Positions 61,152-64,000 of a stretch of 64,000 bases of DNA are shown one piece after another. The stretch's first letter is position 1, and each line of letters opens with the position of its first letter. Both the position numbers and the translations under genes were made by a program. The notes beneath the pieces are model-generated. The model was not told the origin of the DNA, did not search any database, and was given only the letters and a program-made list of their open reading frames with translations. Where the stretch lies: assembly GCA_965238075.1 (NCBI GenBank), contig OZ250173.1, positions 544,001 to 608,000 of the forward strand, written 5' to 3'. Origin of the DNA: Candidatus Entotheonellaceae bacterium (GTDB taxonomy: Bacteria; Tectomicrobia; Entotheonellia; Entotheonellales; Entotheonellaceae).

Positions 61152-64000
61152 CTACACCCTGCCGGCGACACTAACGCCTGTCCAGTTTGGTGATGGTTTT
61201 TTCGTCGTTTCGGCGATCCGCCGGGCCGTGTCGCTGCCGTGCTGGACTTCGCCGGGCTTGACCGGGCGGCCGAGGATGGCGCCCTCGCGATACGAGAGCC
61301 ACTTCTTGAGCACCTGGTAGCCGCCGAGCCAGTAGTTCCAGATGGCAGCAGGAATGTTGCGCCAGTAGGCGCGGGCGTTGAGATACACGTCGAACGTGGT
61401 TTCGCCGAGCCCTGGCAGTGCGCCCCCCATCGCCATCCGTTCCGCCGGGGTGAAAGCCCTCTCCACGGCGCGGCCCTGTCCAGGCATCACCGCGTCGCCT
61501 GATCCGAAATGACCCCATCCCGCGGTCACCGCGAAATCCTCGCCCGTCATGTTGCGCCCGTCGGTCGTGGCGGGCACGGCGATGACGGCCATCTCCGGGC
61601 GCAGTGGCGCTTGGGTGACGCCCGGAACCGGCGTGTCGGGATTGAGGAGAGCCGCGAGTTGGCGTCCGCGCGCTGCGGATTCAACGAGCGCTTCCGCCGC
61701 CCCGTTGGCCTCGCCGTCTGGCCAGCCCGGAAGCAGGATGCGCGGCCCCTCAGCTCGCAGCGCATCGGCGTTAAGCTCGTTGTAGGCGAGATCATGGAGT
61801 ACGGCAACGACGTGGTAAAACAGGTTTTCCACGCCCGCGTCCAAACGACCGAGATAACGTTGCGCTGCTCCCGAAAGATTGGGACGGCGACTTGCTTCCC
61901 TGCTGTTGGCTCCGAGACCATCATCGGTTAACTGCACAGGGACACAATACACACCGCTGTTCATCTGATTCAGGTCGCCGATACTGGAAATAACCAGCGG
62001 TGGCGACAGGTCCGGCCGTGCCTTGTTTTGTAGGACCATCCACGCGTTCCCCTCGAAAACATGCGGCCGGTAATCGGCTCGCTTCTCGTCCAGCAGCTTC
62101 GTTTCCGCCTCCCAATAAAGCCACCGGTTGTCGAACGGCCGGTAGGCAAAGCGTACGAAACCGGTCTCATCCGGCCCGCCGCGTTTCAGCAGGGTATCGC
62201 GCACCGCTCGGGCATCAAACCGTGCTGTGGCCTTCATCGCCCCTGGATAGCGCCGCGCGATTTCCTCATGGCTCAGGCCCGCGTCGAAGTAATCGGCGAC
62301 GCGCGCCCGGAGCCGGTCCAAGTCGACGTCGACGAGAAACCCGTCACGGCTGGTCTTGACGCCAGGATACGACACCGGAAACAAATCGGGCAGGGACGGC
62401 CACTCGAACCACGCATCGCTCACCGCGGTTCGCACGAACGGCAGGCCGAGCGGCAAGACGGGCTTGACGCCTTCGTAAAGCGCGTCCGGCTCCGACTCAG
62501 CCGTTGCGATTAACTCCGCCGGCTTGGCCTGACCCCAGAGGTGCCGGAAGCCAACTGAATCCGCGGGCGCGTGGTCGGCCTTGCGCACCAGCGTCGTGAT
62601 GGCGGTGCCGACCTGAATGCCCACCGGATCGCCTGCCGTCGAGAATATGCTCGGGTCCGGCGAGCCATCCGGCGCCACCTTGCCGGTCTTGTATTTGTCG
62701 CCGTTCAGGCAGTCGATGCGGATGGCGTCGAACGCCTCCAGATAACGTTCCCGCATGCCCGTGAACGACAACCCGTCGAGCCACGAGTAGTTGGAGATGA
62801 AGCACACCACGCCCTGGCCCGTCTTGTCGGCGATGCGCCGTTCCGCCATGCGGAAGAAACGGACGTAGAGGTCGTTCAAACCCTTTCCTTCGGGGCGGCG
62901 TACTCGCTTCGTCGAGCGGTACGCTTGCGACAGTTCGCGCTCCTCGTCCATCGCCATGCCGGCAAAGCCGTTGTAGGGCGGATTGCCAAGGATGACGAGG
63001 ATCGGCGTTACCTGCTTGACCCGCTCCGCCCGGTCGCGCTCCTCCTCCAGTTCCGGGAAGGGCAGCGGCTTGGTCGTTCTCGGCTCCCAGCCGGTGAGCG
63101 CATTGGTGAGGAACACGCCGGCGCGTTCGGTTTCGTCGTCCGCCAGCGGCGCGCCGAGGTCCTGCAGGGCCAAGCCGACTTGCAGATGGGCGACGACGAA
63201 GGGGGCCGGCATGATCTCGAAGCCGAACACCCGTTGCGTCGCCGCCTGTTTCACCCGCGCGCCGGTGAGCGCCCCAAGGCCCTGCCCTTCGAGGTTGGCG
63301 GCGATGCGGCGCAGCACTTCGGCCAGATACGCGCCGGTGCCGCAGCACGGGTCGAGCACGTAGACGTTTTCCGCGGCGAGACCGTCCGGGATGCCAAGAT
63401 CGTCCTTCAGCGCCTTGTCCACGCGGGCGACCATGTAGCCGAACCACTTCGGTTGGCGTGTACCAGACGCCGAGTTGCTTGCGCAGGTCGGGATCGAAGG
63501 CTTCGAGGAAGGGTTCGTAGAAGTAAGGCACCGCCTCGCCCTCCTGGAAGCGGGCAAAGAAGGCGGGACGATCCACCCGGTCGAGCGCTGCCGCGGTCCA
63601 GTCCAGCACCTCGACGAGGCCGAGCGGCTGCAGGCGGCCGGGGTCGGAAAGTTGCTGGAACAACGCCCGCAACACGGGCGCGCGCAGATACCAGACCGCG
63701 GTGTGCCAGTCGAACGCACCGGTCGGCGGCGGCAGTTGTCGCGCCCACAACACCCAGGCGGAGAAAATGCCGTAGAACAGGGTCTGCACCAGGGTTGAAT
63801 GGAAGAAGTGCGCGCCGCGCTCTCCCTCAAACCGGACGCCGAGCGCCTCTTCCAAGGCGGAGCGCACTGCCTGGAGCGGCGCATCCCCCGCCGACTCAAC
63901 ACGGGCGAGGCCGTCGCGGGCGTAGGAAGCGAGCAGCCACGCTAAGTCCTTCGGTTCGGCCAGCGCCGCCCGGTGCGACAAGGCGCGGGCGAGATATTCG
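61152..64000 (-). pseudogene. Type ISP/IIG-like restriction-modification enzyme (N6-adenine MTase plus specificity domain), frameshifted at ~63440, open at window edge
   Basis: YFYEPFL..FDP, GVWYTP.EVVR | YMVARVD, LDPCCGTG, GNPPY, YRPFD, GGYQVLKKWLSYRE; one extra base in GTTCGGCTACATG. Confidence 0.88.

Overview
GC-rich bacterial chromosome segment. Gene content and repeat style are reminiscent of Tectomicrobia/Entotheonella-like symbionts, but this is inference only. The left ~13 kb is a phosphate/polyphosphate region: an OprO/OprP-type porin with a three-repeat Pho-box-like site, ppk1, a CHAD protein carrying an ATL/MGMT-like C-terminal domain, ppx, sixA and ppgK. This region is decaying. 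ppk1 is frameshifted by a 23-bp scar (17-bp direct repeat around TGCACA), and ppx has a nonsense codon and is truncated by foreign DNA containing a dead IS3 and a DUF2971 gene. The middle holds metabolic and housekeeping genes (Moco genes, purE, tsaC, rho-rpmE-prfA-prmC-hisB-hisH-hisF, a di-haem peroxidase, a split TPP decarboxylase and a double CoA-transferase). An accessory patch follows, with TA remnants, a low-GC gene split by an IS630 with a TA target duplication, and hicAB. The right part has an RCK-type K+ channel homologue lacking its pore loop, cinA, metF, nadE and a frameshifted type ISP/IIG R-M gene. It also has an orphan glycine/betaine-reductase-B-like gene pair whose second gene reads through UGA (selenocysteine, SECIS-like hairpin, non-canonical UxxG motif). 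Small TA-flanked MITEs carrying REP-like hairpins are scattered through the window. No rRNA, tRNA or CRISPR array was seen.
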